60,555 bases of DNA from Aplysia californica (lineage: Eukaryota): contig NW_004797320.1 in NCBI RefSeq assembly GCF_000002075.1, forward strand, positions 1,104,412-1,164,966, read 5' to 3'. The translations under genes were made by a program, and so were the position numbers. The notes under the pieces are model-generated. The model had not been told where the DNA came from and made no database searches. It worked only from the letters and a program-made list of their open reading frames with translations. This document shows, piece by piece, positions 1-14,036 of the stretch; the stretch's first letter is position 1; each line of letters starts with the position of its first letter.

Positions 1-35
<35 letters not shown>

Positions 36-75
36 GTCTGTCTGTCTTCTCTTCTCTTTTCTTCTTCCTTCCTTT
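1..75. repeat. (TC)n microsatellite
   Basis: Seen directly. Confidence 0.95.
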
Positions 76-458
76 CTCTGGCTGGCCTCAGTTAGGAGGG
101 CGGCAGTCTGCCTTGTGCCACACGCCAGACAAGAATCATTGGGAGCGGAGCCTATTGCATGGAGATACGTCTGCAGGATGGGACTCGTCGCGTTGCATCT
201 TAGCTGCAATAACACTCTTCTCTGTCTGACGGTAAGGTCTTTGTCCCTCTCCGGTGGTGGCTTCACCTTTTCCCCGACGGAGTCATGCACTCTTCTTCTC
301 TTCTCTTGTCTTCTCTTCTCTTCACTTTTCATTTTCTCCCTGTCTCTTGGTTTATCTGGATCTCTCATTTATGCTATTTATTTAGTGTGTTGTACGTGGA
401 ATAACTGGGTTTGGTTTTTATGTAGTCCGGAACATTGATTCTATGTATTTATCAACAG

Positions 459-614
459 GAGTCTTGGTGAAAAAGTCCCGAAAGGTTACGAATGCATAGA
501 GACAACTCCTACAGAGTACCCGGCCAACCTGAACCATGGCAGTATGCGCTGGTGCCCAGATATGTACATCTGCTATCGTCGAGGTCGAGATAAACCACCG
601 CTCAAAGATCTCGG
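459..614 (+). CDS. DENND4: DENND4 exon (MABP domain)
   Basis: cag|[42 protein letters not shown]..|gtatg. Confidence 0.9.
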
Positions 615-3600
615 GTATGCTGGCTTTATCTTTTTTCGTATTATATTCTAACTTTTTGTAGTAGTTTGGAGAATGATGCTCATACTCATAGGTTGTTGTA
701 GGTCTCCCCTGCCTGTTGGGGGTAGTTTGGTTGGTGCTCTTGTGCTGCTTGTACTGTAACTCCTTTTCAGTGTTCGTATTTTCTTATTCTGTTCCTGATT
801 AAGAGCTTAATGACCTAACACTGTGTGCCTAACGAGATTATGGAAAATACAAAATAACTAAAGTACCCTACTAGGTCAATAAAAGTGGTACTTCTTCTAA
901 TGTAGCTGTTATCAATCATGGTGGTTCAGGGTAAACTACTTAAGTCCAACAATGCCTTACATGGCCATATATATATGTCTCTCCTCTCCTCTTCTTCTCC
1001 CCCATCCCCCCTCCCCCACACCCAGCATCCTGTGTGAGGGAAAAGAGTTTGTCATGGACGGCTGTGAGGTGGTGCAGACTACCATGGCGGGTCACCCTGC
1101 CAACGTGAACAACAGCACCAGCAGTCGTATCTACATCACGTACCGCCGGGCTGACAAATGCGCGGCCAGCGACACTCTGGTTGTGGTGGACATCTGTGTC
1201 ATCCTTGGCAGTCGGGTCAGTTTTCTTTTGTGTGGCTGGAATTATACGCCCTTTTCAACAATATAGTCAAACCATACCAAGATAACCACCATTTGTGGAG
1301 GAGAAAATGGTCATCTTAGACAGGTGGTCTTCTTGGACAGTGTCATTATAATTAAGAACAAAAAAACACTAAGGGGAAAGCAGGATATGGTCATTTGTGT
1401 AGGTTTTTGTCTTGCATAGTTGGTTGCAAGTACTGGTTAGACTGTATTTAGCTTATTGTTTTGAATACAGATTCTGTTGTAGACTTCTTTCTATAAAGCA
1501 TTGGCAGGATAGTCCTCAAGAGAAGCTCTGAACAAAAGGGACCTCCTACATATTCACATTTACATAGTCTGTTGCTTTGATCATCAAGGCAAAAATGAAC
1601 CTTTTTGGTTGTTTGAAAGATAAAGGTTTCCAAATAAAACTTTCCAAAAAGAGCATCTGTTCGAGACAAAATTGAAATCATTGTTTCCATTATTATAGCT
1701 CAGTGTCTTTCCAATCAAGCTGAGTGCACAGGTCTTATCAGTTTTTCATCTTTTGTACTTTTCTTTTATTGCTGCCAGGCTTACTACTCTCTTTCATCTT
1801 ACGGATATAAATTTAAAAAGAGTAGTGTTCATGGCTCTGAAAGTCAAGATTTAACTACTGTTTATAGTAGTTAAAGAGTCCTGTTCTTTGATTATGTCAA
1901 ATAGGGTGTGAAGAAGGATTTTTTTCCATCTCTTTTTTCTTCCATTTACTGACCTAGATGCTGGCTGACTCTTGTGTTATACTTTCATTGGTAACGTAGT
2001 GTTTTGTTTTACACCCTGAGTAGGCTCGAATGGACACTGTCCTACCAACTGGTGTGCCCATCATTTGTTTATGGGGTACACCTTCTATTTCACATTGTAT
2101 TTATCTTGTCTTTTCTGTGAACCTGTGTATTTTCTATTCTGCTGTCATCAGTGGAGGCTATTAACAAATTAGATTTTTTTGAAAATTAATTTTGATGCAA
2201 TTTTTATTTTTTCTAAACCCTCATTATATCGATGTGGAATTTTGCTATTGTGTATTTTATTATATTTATCTATAAATCATGTGAGAAATTTTAGAAACAC
2301 CAGCTAGTGATAATTTCGTTTTCTTTGTAGACCATGTTTGTTTCATAGCATCATGCCTTTTTACTTTTTTAAATTGCTTTCCTCGACTTATGAGTCCATG
2401 TTTGTACGTCTATTTGTTTCAGGGAGAAGAGCCACCTCTGACCTTCTTGAAAATACCTAAAAACCTTAACAAGGGTGTGGTGAGTGAATAGGCCTTACTT
2501 CTTTGATGTTAATTATAGATTGTTCACTTTCGTCTGTCTGCTTAAAACAAATTCTATTTTATTTATTGATTTACCTATGTCCACTAAATTTTGCATGTCA
2601 CTTCTGCAGGCCAGCAACAAACTAAATTGTTCTAAATCTTGATCCAGTAAGAAAAAACCTTCTCTGTTTGGGCTGTATATTAAAAACGGCACTTTGGTTA
2701 CATACACAGGATCACTAAGATAAATGACTTACAGTAACCCAACCAACAAATTGCTCATTTTAAGATAGTTTCACCACCCTGCCCGCTCATTTCAGTGTAA
2801 GCGTGTAGATTTTTACCCCATGACTGTCTAGATGTCTCCATGTGAGTCTCGAAAAGTGCCTACCCTGTGTCTTCAATCATGTCTCTTCGGCATGCGTTAA
2901 TAAAGTGTGGCTCTAACTCTGAGGAAGATATGTCAGCTTTTTAATGTTTTAGTTATTATTTTTTTTACCCGCTTTAGGCTAATATCTAAGAAAATGTGTT
3001 GGAACCTTAGTGTGCAGTGACCTTTATGAATGGGCTTTTAGATTCTGTTGGTCATCCAACTTTTAGATTCATATGCAAAAGATCTGAGACGATTAAATAG
3101 GGCGAGTTCATTTTACTTTGTTTTATCCGCGGTCGGACGAAAGTGAACAAACTACAGAGCCACTTGAGAGTGATATCATCTCTTAAACAGTCGAATCCTC
3201 TGGTTCAGATTAGTATTTAGAGATATGAATTAATTTACCAATCAAAGTGCTTTTTATCCCTTATTTTGCTCCAGCTTCCTCAAAAATGTATTTCCATTTC
3301 TCAAATCTAAAGCTATTGTTGTTTGATACTGAACAATTTATTTTATCAAGACTTAATTGTAATTTGCTTTTAATGACATTATTTATGAAGATGTAGATGT
3401 TTAGGTTCTGTGTTTGTTTTAGTAAAAGTTTTGAGCCTGTGTGTAATCTTTTGTGAATATATCTGGGAAGAGTGAAGCCTTTTTTGTTGTCCATGTGTCT
3501 TGATTTTGTCATAATAAACTTTTCATACCTGTTTGGTATTGTTTTTGAGGATGTACCATATTTACATTTTTCATTTCCAGGTTGGTTCTGATGTATTTCT

Positions 3601-6600
3601 CTGTTACAAGAAAGCAATGGTCAAGAATGATGTTTTAGCCTACAAAGCCTGTAAGTGTTCCCGTTTTCTTTGTTCTTCTGCTTATGTAATATTTTTCAAT
3701 CCTGGAACAATCCCATGTTGAAATGGGTGGTCCACTATCAAATGCTGTTGTAATAAACAGGAATATGAAGTTATTCATGTTTTGCAACAAATTTATTAGT
3801 GTGGGTAAACTCAGTTCGTTTTACCCTGGGACTTCTGTAGAGTTTTATGTTGTATTTTAATGAAACTCTTTTGTGTTCTCCTCACAGCAATCCTGGACCG
3901 TTATCCTTTAGAGGACTACAGTGACTTCCCCTTGCCGGAGCAGGTGCCGATGTTCTGCCTGCCTATGGGAGCCACGATTGAATGTTGGTCAGCGGACGCC
4001 CAGCACCCCATGCCTAGCTTCTCCACTTTCATCCTCACTGGGGCAGCTGGGGAGAAGGTGAGGAATGTCATAGTTGTCTCATTCTGATTGTATAAATGTC
4101 TCAGTGTGGAGCTTTTTGTTACATGTGTGTTTGTATACATATGTATTGTATGTGTGTTTAAGAGAAAGCTTATCTAAATGAAAATACATATCCTTAAGTG
4201 TGCTAAATATAAAATATTAGACTATTTACCAAGGATCAGAATTGTTGGCAAAATTGTAAACCTTGCTTGGGGCTACTCTCTGTGTCACTACTTCTTGTTT
4301 ATGACCTGTACTCATTCCTAAATCTCTTTGCCATGTGAATTTTCACCTTCGTTGATACATCAGGTTTATATAAATTTATATAAATTTGATACAAATTTAC
4401 TGTCTGCTGTATTTTAGGTACCGGTACCCACAGCCCATGAGTTGGAGTGCACCTGCACAATTAAATACATGTAACCCCTACTTTTTACCTGTATGACGTA
4501 GGTCTATGTGGAACCTACATTTTTAGTGTGATGTCTGAGGCAGTACTTGCAGCACATAACAATTATATTGCTCTCTGCTGGCCATTACATTAGAACAAAG
4601 CTGATAGTAAAAACATTTTGTTGCACCTGACCCAAGAGACAAAAAGAGAAGCACTGCCTGCTGATGCCTCCAAGTTTTATCAAAGAAATCTAGTGTGAGA
4701 AATCTGAAAAATACCCACAAAGTTATCCATGGTTATTCTTGTATTGGGGAATCTCACTGAGTCAAAATACTGAGGGTTCAGAGCAAAGTGTCATATTGTC
4801 AGATTAAGAAGAATGTGTGTAATAATGTGTTCAATGTTCTACCACAGGTTTATGGTGCAGCTGTGGGGTTCTATGAGGAGTACAGAGAAGAGGATCTGAC
4901 AGACCTGCAGATGAGATCCCTGGGCTTGAAGAACAAGAGCATTCGAGAGCAGTACCGCATACAGAAAACAGTGCATGTGCGCAAATCCATCTCTCTGTTG
5001 TCACACTGGCCCTTCTTCGACGCCTTCAAGAAGTTTTTGTCCCAGCTGTACAAGGTGTCCATCACGGGGCCGCACCATGTGCCTCTGGAGCGACATATCT
5101 CTCACTTTATGTACCACGTGCCGTACCCATCGCCTGAACGGCCGCGCATTTTGGTGCAGCTGGCTCATGATTCGCTCTCCCTGTGCATGCCTGAGGACTC
5201 CCCACTGCCTCAGAGGTGATTTAATCTGGGCTCAATGCTATTTTGATATTTATCTGGATTTAGTCAGCTTTTCAATGGTGCTTTATGAAAAAAGAATATA
5301 ATTTTATGGTCAAACTAGTGGGTGTTTGTGGGGTGCTACTGGTAGATTCTGCATCTTTACTATCCTTTGTTTCTGCCTGTCTGTCTTACTTTTTGTCAGC
5401 ACTAAAGGACCTTTATTCTGGGAATGTGCTTTTCTCAGGCATAGTGAAGATTTCATGCAAGTGATCCAGTTATTCATCATATGTATGTTTAAAGAAAATG
5501 CTAACACTTTTGTGAGACTTAAAACGTGCATTCTTTTTTTTGGTATGTTTATTTTGTTTGTGAGATACAAAGTAGCCCTTCAGAGTTGTAAAAAAAGACT
5601 TGAATGTGTATTGCCTTTCGATTGGTATGGAAAGGCAGTTGAACTGTAATTACGTTAATAATGTTTGTTTTTTTTAAGCACGGTATGATGTGTGTTTGAA
5701 GGAGATGACTGGAACGTTATTCATATTTTTATTCTTGTATACTTTCTGTTTGTCTGTTGGTCCTCCCCTCTGCCCCTACCCTTAGTAATGTAAGTGTATG
5801 GCTGTCACTGCGCTAACCTTCTTGTTTCCATGTTGCTGCCATGTACAGAGAACTTCAGAAAAATATCTGGTCTTCCTCTCTCACCAGTGGTGCGTCATTT
5901 ATCACCCTGCTGGGTAATCTCGGACCAGACCACACGATGAGTGTGCTGTTGTTTGTGCTGCTGGAGAGCAAGATTTTGCTGCACTCGTTGCGACCGACTG
6001 TTTTGACAGAGGTGGCTGAGGCAGTGTCCACCGTGAGTTCTGTGCTGTTCGTAAAAAAAAAAATTTGTGTCTAACTCCGCATGTTTATTCAATCCAGGGA
6101 TTGTTGCATGTTCTATTCTTGTTGGAGTTGTGGTCATTCTGCTTTTGGAAAGTTTTGTGACAAAGAACAGAGATCTTTTTATAATGGTAAACAATTGGGG
6201 GTTTTGTCTTCTCTGGATCCCTCATAGTAGAGGAAGTTTGTGTGACAAGGAAAATGTATTGGTACTGTGAACTCTCAAATGTTTCTACATTTCTGATACT
6301 GATAACTGAATTAAAGGAATTTAAATTAAATATATGGACTGGCTTACATTCTGCATGCTGTCAAGCCTTTTTTCCATGAATTTTTAACATCTAAACAGAA
6401 ATTTGTGGTACAGAAGTTTAGTTTAGACAAAAAAGATATTGTAAGTCTTTGATGTTTCAGTGACAGTCTAATGCCTCTTTTGCAACATTGTGTTTATTTT
6501 CTGTATTTCCTGATGACTTCTGAACATTCCAGCTTTTTGTCATACTATTGTGTGTTTTTTTGGGGTTATATTTCAGATGATCTTCCCATTTCACTGGCAG

Positions 6601-9600
6601 TGTCCATACATCCCTCTGTGCCCCTTGGGTCTTTCAGATGTACTGAATGCTCCTTGCCCCTTCATTGTCGGTAAGGAGTTTGTACTGTCAATGCACCACT
6701 TATTGATTATTCTTCCTCTTCTCTTCCTCCACCTCCAGGGGACTGTGTTGTGGCAGAAAACAAAAGTGTTTGTGAATGTTGTCTAGATTATGATATTGTG
6801 CTGTGGATAAAACCTTTGAATTTCTTTATGTATGCATTGCTCATGCTATTGTACCCATTTTTCTCCTCAAGGATCAATAGAAGTACTGTATAACACGGAT
6901 AGCTCGAATTCGCTGAGACCGGCCTCGGTAGTTCAAGGGATCCGTAGTTCGAGTTTCGGCTGTGTCGAAGAATCAAGGGAAGCAACAAAGATTGCTGCTT
7001 TAGATTGAGAATGAGAAACATGATAAGCAACGCTCTCAAGTTCGATCAGTAATGAGCCTACCGGTACCAAGACAGTTAAATTGCACGTGTCAGTGTGAGT
7101 GGTCTTTAGTCTACACCAATCAAACGATGCCTTTTCAAAATTTTCAAAACACAAACAATTTGATAGAATAGGCAACAGTAACCAATTTTTTATGCTCAAG
7201 AGCAGCGCGGGGATGCCGGTCAAGCGTGTTATCAATTGTTACTCCAAGATATATTTGGGGTATTTTTTTTTAACTCTTTGTTTTTTCTTCTTCCTTTTCC
7301 TCCCCATCCTGCTCCTCTTCCAACTCCTTTTCCTTATGTGTTCCCTACTAGATTTCAACAGTAGATCTGTCTGTCACACACTGTACTGGAGTGTCCTTTT
7401 CAGTTTGCAACATATTTTGCTTATTTCAAGGTGCTTTTTTCCTTTCCCCGAGTTTTAACATTTTCACGTAGGGGATTAGATTTTGTTGGAGGAGCCAACT
7501 TTTTCCGCCTAATCTACTTTCACTTTTTATTACCAAAGTGTATTTTACCTGCAGAATATGCAGGCAACACCTCTGGAATTATTTCATTTTTTTGGTCCAT
7601 TTCCAAGGGAGCTTGATGCTCACACGTTCATGAAGACAGGGGTATGAAAAGACCCACTGACAAAATATTGGAAGTCCATTATTTATTTTGAGAGCTGAAT
7701 CGATTGGAGGAGACGTTTCTCAACTTATTTTTCTTTAAAGATATTGAAATAAAGGATCAAGAGTTTAAGAGAGAATGTTGCTTGCACCATGTCTGACTTA
7801 ATGAGTTTTGTCTTTCTTAAGTCTAGTGAACTCATGGTGTTATTTACTTTATCAAGGTGTGGATTCACGCTACTTTGACCTCTATGACCCTCCTCCTGAT
7901 GTCATCTGTGTTGACTTGGATACCAACAGACTTTACCTGTAAGTGCCACAGATTAACAGTATTGTTTTTATTGATTTTGTTTGTTGTCAGTCTTATTATT
8001 AAGAAGAAACTTTTATGGTGAAGGCGACTATAATGTTGTTTTATTGTATGATTGAAAATATCAATAGAAGTTTGAAGTTACGCATTTTTTTTCTGTAGAG
8101 ATTTATGTCATTTTCTTTTGTAGATCACAAATATGTGTATTTTGTCATTATTATCCAAAGCACAATGAGAAAGGGAAGGAATGAAGGATTGTATTAGTTA
8201 AAACATTTTGGTTATTTTATTGAAAAGAAGTAGCTGCTGCTAGAGTTGACTGTTCATTATTTCCTCTGGAATTTTGCTTTTCCCCAGACCTGAAGACAAA
8301 AAGTCCCTGAGTTATAAACTGCTACCAAAGGTATTGCTAATTTTTTTCTTCAAATTATGGCATTTGCGAAAGTTTCTAGTGAAGATTCTGTAATTGATTT
8401 TAAGACTAGAGGTATAATCAGTACTTTGAATTGCCTATACTTACCTGAAGATTGTTACTGACATCTACCGCTCTTCTGCTCACGTTTTATCAGCATGTTG
8501 TTTTTTAGGCTTTCATAATCCTGTGGCATGTGGTTGGAGAGTGTCGCTGGTAGATCCTACTACTTTTCTCTCCCACCGTTGTTTCTGTTTGTCTCTCATA
8601 CTTTTTCTCAGCACTAAATGACCATCATCATTTCAATATACTTCTCATTGCTCAAATTGTCACCGAGCTCAAAATAATCATGTGGCTGGATAATAGTATA
8701 TAGATCTAGGCACTTTTCTCCAGCTTGTGAAATGACAAGTGTTGACTTCTCAGTCGGGTAATTAGTCACAAAGATTGCATATGCTGGTGCTGTGATGGCA
8801 TTATAGTCACTTGTGAGGTATTTTATAAGATGATGAAAGACAGTGATGACAAGTTTAAAAAGTAGTTTCTGTTTCGCATTTAGTTTATTCATTGATGGTT
8901 TTTTTATCAAACACTTTGCCCATATGTTTATTTTCAGAAAGCCACACGAGTATTGCAGGAGAGCCTTTCCCGCCTCTTTGCTAAAGCCAGTTTGCTGGAT
9001 GTCAAGCCACATGACAGTGATGGAGTTTCCCTGGAAATGACCCACTTTGACATTGATTTCCGGCGCAAGAAGCAAACTGTAAGATTTTATGTCATTTTTC
9101 TTTTATTTGACTTTTTCATTAGATTTCATTAGACAGTCTGTTTATATTTCACATGTAGCTTGCAAATCAATGAACTCTATTGAAAAATGGAATGCAGTTT
9201 GTGGTTTTAATCATGGAATAATGGGTGTACATTTGATCATTCCTGTAAACGGGCTATGTTTTTCATAACTATTAGGTCTTGTGAGAGTCTTGCTCCTATT
9301 AAGAAGATTGTTATAAGAGTCCACACTGGACTTTCATTACTCTCCTTAAATTAATAAAAGCATCAGTCTACATGAAAAAGACTGAGCACAGGTGCAATAT
9401 TGTAATGTTTTGTTTTCTATCTTCCCATCAGATGCAGCTGGAGCTTGCCATCCAGGAGGTGTTCCTGCGGTTCACAGCCTCTATTTTGAAGGACTACAAG
9501 AACTTCCTGAATCCCATCATGAAGCAGCCCACCATACGCACAACAGATGCTCAGACTTTGTTTGATATGCAGGGTGAGTCCTGATCTGTTGAGTCTCTGG

Positions 9601-12600
9601 CTTATTATATTTGAAGATTTGCAAACATAGTTTTCAAGAGAAGGAACAGATGTTAAGACCAGTTTATTTGCTCTTGAATGGAAATTTGTTTCACAAGAAC
9701 TTTTGTATGCCCTTATTCATAACACTTGTGCAGACTCTGCGTCATATGTTCATAAATAAATATTTTCAACCACCATTAATGCTTAGTGCTGCACATGTTC
9801 CCCTGAACTTGGGTTAAAAATCTTTGCTCAAGGACACTCATGGCTATATTTGCACGTTCCAAGTGTTACATATGGCTTGCCTTTTCTCACGGCCCTGTTA
9901 ACACCCTAAGTATACTGACAAGTTAATCTTCTATAGTGGAAAGGTATGGTAGGGTGCTGGGGTGCTTTATGCTCATTGTGATAATAATTTGTATTTTCTG
10001 TGCAACCTTAGCTTTCTCTGTGAAAATGAATTTAGATTTATCCTACAAATTTTGATAAATTATAATTTGTGAAAAGCGATACTTAAAGATTGTCCCTAGA
10101 ATTCCTGTTGCTTCTTTTATTATGATTATTGCATCATAGAAACATTTTAAAATTGAGAAATTGTTACCTTTTGTGTGATAGATAGGAGGACCTCCTGAAC
10201 TCTTGTTCAACTTAGTTTGTTTTTGGATTCTTCAGTTTCATTGATTTGAGCAGTATTTGACCAGCAGCAAGAGATCTATTTTATTTTTCATTGTTGTTTA
10301 TCACTTTCACATACCAGGTTTTCTGAAGAGCCGAGACAAAGCCCATGCCAAGTTTTTCTCCCAGCTCATGCGTACACAGATGTTCTTTCGGTTCATAGAA
10401 GAACGCTCATTTGTCTCCGACAATGATGCCAGCCTTGCTTTTTTTGATGAGTGTTCAGAGAAGGTGCGTTTAATTCTTATGTATTGGAGGTGTACTGATG
10501 ATTACTTTTTCAAGCCTTTTTAGGCAAATGATAATTTTGTAGCAAAAAGATTATATAGTGGCTTTATGCATATCTAATATTATGTTTATGTGTCTAATGT
10601 ATTGCATATTTAGCGAGTGTTTACTGCATTTTAAACATTTTCTTTTGGGTAAATGTGCAATTTTGTGTGTAGGAATTATTGAAATGTGCAGGAATTGAAA
10701 AAAGAACAATATTGTGCACACAATGATTTTCCCAGTTTTCATTATTTTTGGGGTTCTTTTCGTTTTTAGAAATAATGTTATCTTGTCCCTTAAAAGGGTG
10801 TGTTCGTCTAGAAGAATGTAGATTGAAAAACAGAACAAAATCCTCTGTGTGGTCCTTGTTTTTCTTCTGGTGTGTGTTCCTGTGACCTTACTAGAGCCCT
10901 GAGATGTTATTGCAGTGCTTACATATAACTGGGTGCACTTTTGGCTTTCAGGTGGATGAACTGAGAGAGGAGCCCAAACTGATTGAAATTGACAATACTC
11001 ACACAAGGTAATCTACTCTTTGCTGTTTGTGAGTTTGGTAATTTTTCTTGTTTGTGTCAGACTTAACAGAAGCCTAAAAGCAGACTTACTTTGAATGTTC
11101 AAAAAAGACAAATATTTTCAGTTTTGTTGACCGTGTTATAAGAATGCCTGATTTCAAAATATGAAAGGTGATTTTCTATTCTGAACTGTCTAAAGGGAAG
11201 CGTAAGGTTGGCTTACAGAAAAAGCACTGCAAAGACACCCTGAAATTGAAGGACTTCAACATAAATTAAATAATTCCACATAGGAGAGGGTAGCTCATGA
11301 CAGACTTAGTGGGCAGCAAGTCATATGAGGCTTCATGAAGAAGAAATGCTGAAACCAAGAGATAAGCCCACAAGTGAAAGTAGAGCTTTTGAATACTCAA
11401 AATGTGGCAAACCTTTTTCTACCAGAATTTGGTCTCATTGGCCACTGCAGAAGCCACAAGTCATCTTAACCTTTCTTTCTTCTAATTCTTCTATTTTGCT
11501 TGAAAAATCTTCTCTCTGGATACCTTGGTCATTGTCAGACATTTACGGACGAGCTATTATTGTTATTGTTAGACTTAAAATAAGCCGAAAAGCAGGCTTT
11601 GTCGGAATGTCCAAAAAAGGAAAGTATTTTCTGTTTTGGTGAGACCTTTCATGAGCAGGGGAAAAATATTCTACATAATTATTTCTGTTTAGTATTTTTT
11701 TGTGCAAAGTTGTGTAAAAACAAAACACACATGTGACAAGTTATCTGAAAATATAACTACATTTTGTGTATGAGGTTGTAATATCACAGGCCCTCAGGCT
11801 AATGACTCCCCCTCTCTACCACTATAAGATATTTCATGGGTACAAACTTCTACTCGAAGAAAACAATGAAAAGTCTTCATTGGTATGAAAGGGTAGGTAA
11901 CTCAGAGAACCAACACATAGTCAAGGGAAGTAATTATCCGTGAAGCTTCCTACTGATCAAGGGAAGTAACCGGTCCCGTGAAACATACATGTCTGTTTTG
12001 TGGAAAATCTGAAATATGTCTTCTTGCACAGTGTTGTATACGCGTACAGAATGTCGCATTGATGCTAAGTAATACGCCTACAGGTTTATCTGTGCCCGGA
12101 TAGTAATGTTGTAATTGTATATCATCTTAGAATAGAATGGTATTTTAAAGCTACAACCCATATTGTGAGATATAACCTCAAACTACTGAATGGCAATATA
12201 TCCTTTTATTCATTGGTTTTAACTTAAGATTTGAAGATTTTCAATCTTTCAAATTTATCTTGTAGGGAGACTCTTTTCTCCTGTGTGTTCATAAATGAAA
12301 TGTTAGTTTCAGTGATTAATACGTATGAAATAGTGTAGTGCTTCACTCTGCACCCGAGTTGTACTGGGCTTTGTGCAAAAGTGGGAAAGATACTGCTGAA
12401 CTACCTCAATTTTCTATAATGGATAGATGAGAAAATAAATATCCGGTAATAGAACTTATTAGATTCTGCTCAATTACTCAGGGGCTTACACTCCCCATGG
12501 CTTACACCAGAGGGGTGGGCTCTTCTTGTAAACTCAATCCACATGCTGATTTATGGCGCTGTTAAAGTGATATACCGATATATTGGCTGCTAAAGTTATA

Positions 12601-13736
12601 ATTTTGGCTTAGTTTGAATTTTTGAGGGGGCAGTCCTCAATTTGAGTTTTCTTTAGGAGAATGTACAAGGTTTCCTCCACCATCCTGACTTGTTCTATTG
12701 GACTGTCGTTTTATGCAAGAAAAATTCTGAAATTATACAAACTGATGCCAAAAATGTGAAATTATACGATTCTGTTATTTTTAACAAAGAATGATAAAGG
12801 AAAATAATCAGAAATTATGCAAAAAATGATCAAATGCGGGGTGCATAAAACCACGGGGACAAATTGAAGACGGATGCTGATGAATTTGAGATCTATACCC
12901 CCATATAAAACCCATAATATAAATTAAATTAAATTATTCTTCTAAATGTTAAAATCCATAATCCATTGTACTATTTGGAAGGTTGTGGGTTTGAATCCCG
13001 TCAGGGGCCAGAGATTGTGTTCTTGAGAAAGGCACTTTACACAAATTTTTTTCCACTTCTCCCAGATGGGAATTTGTACCCAGCTGTAGTCAGCGAAAGA
13101 TATTGCCTCTATTTGTTCGTGTTTTAGCGCATGTAATCCGCTGATTGCACTGTGCTCTTCTCGGGAAGTCGTGAATGTTTCAGAATATTCTAGAGTCTCC
13201 TTCGATAATAATAACTGTGAAGCTCATAGAGCATGCTGTAGATAGTGGATGTGCACTATATAAATACAGATATTTTGAATTATTATAGGATACTTTTGTG
13301 CTCTTCGTTGTCATTAAATAGGGAAAGGTCCATCCCTCACAAGGATAAGAGCTAGAGACTTGGCACTCTATTGTGATCCAAACCTCTTTTCTCTGATGGG
13401 GTCAACAGCGGGCAATGTTGTTTTTTAATAACATTTTCTGATTATCATTTCGTTGTTGAGTTTTTACTGTTTGTTTTGACATATTAAAATATGTGTAGTT
13501 GAGAACAAAACTAAACTTATTTTTTGCACATGCAGGTATAAGACAGTGGAAGAATAAGAATAAGTAGAAAAGATGGGGTAAAGGAGGGGTGTGTCTGTGA
13601 ATGGGAACAGACTTTTGTGGCTGGTCTTGTGTCCTTTCAAGCAAATAATATGTGGTGTGCATAATGTTTACAAGAACACATAGACAAACACATACTCACT
13701 CAAACACATACACACACGCGCACGAGTGTGTGCACT

Positions 13737-13777
<41 letters not shown>

Positions 13778-13946
13778 ACACACAGACCGGGGAAGAACAA
13801 ACTAGTTATAACAACACAGTTTTAGTTTTTTAGTTTTAGTAAGGTTTTTTACTACATGGAATAACATCAAGAGGCTAGCCCAGGATAGAGAAAAGTGGAG
13901 GGTGTTTGTCCATGGACTATACCCTGGCGCAGGGTGAGAAAGGCAT

Positions 13947-14036
<90 letters not shown>

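Noticed and set aside
6884-7362. Possible mariner-type MITE (tactgtataacacggatagctcgaattc...)
   Set aside because: The left end looks typical but the right TIR is too degenerate to set boundaries
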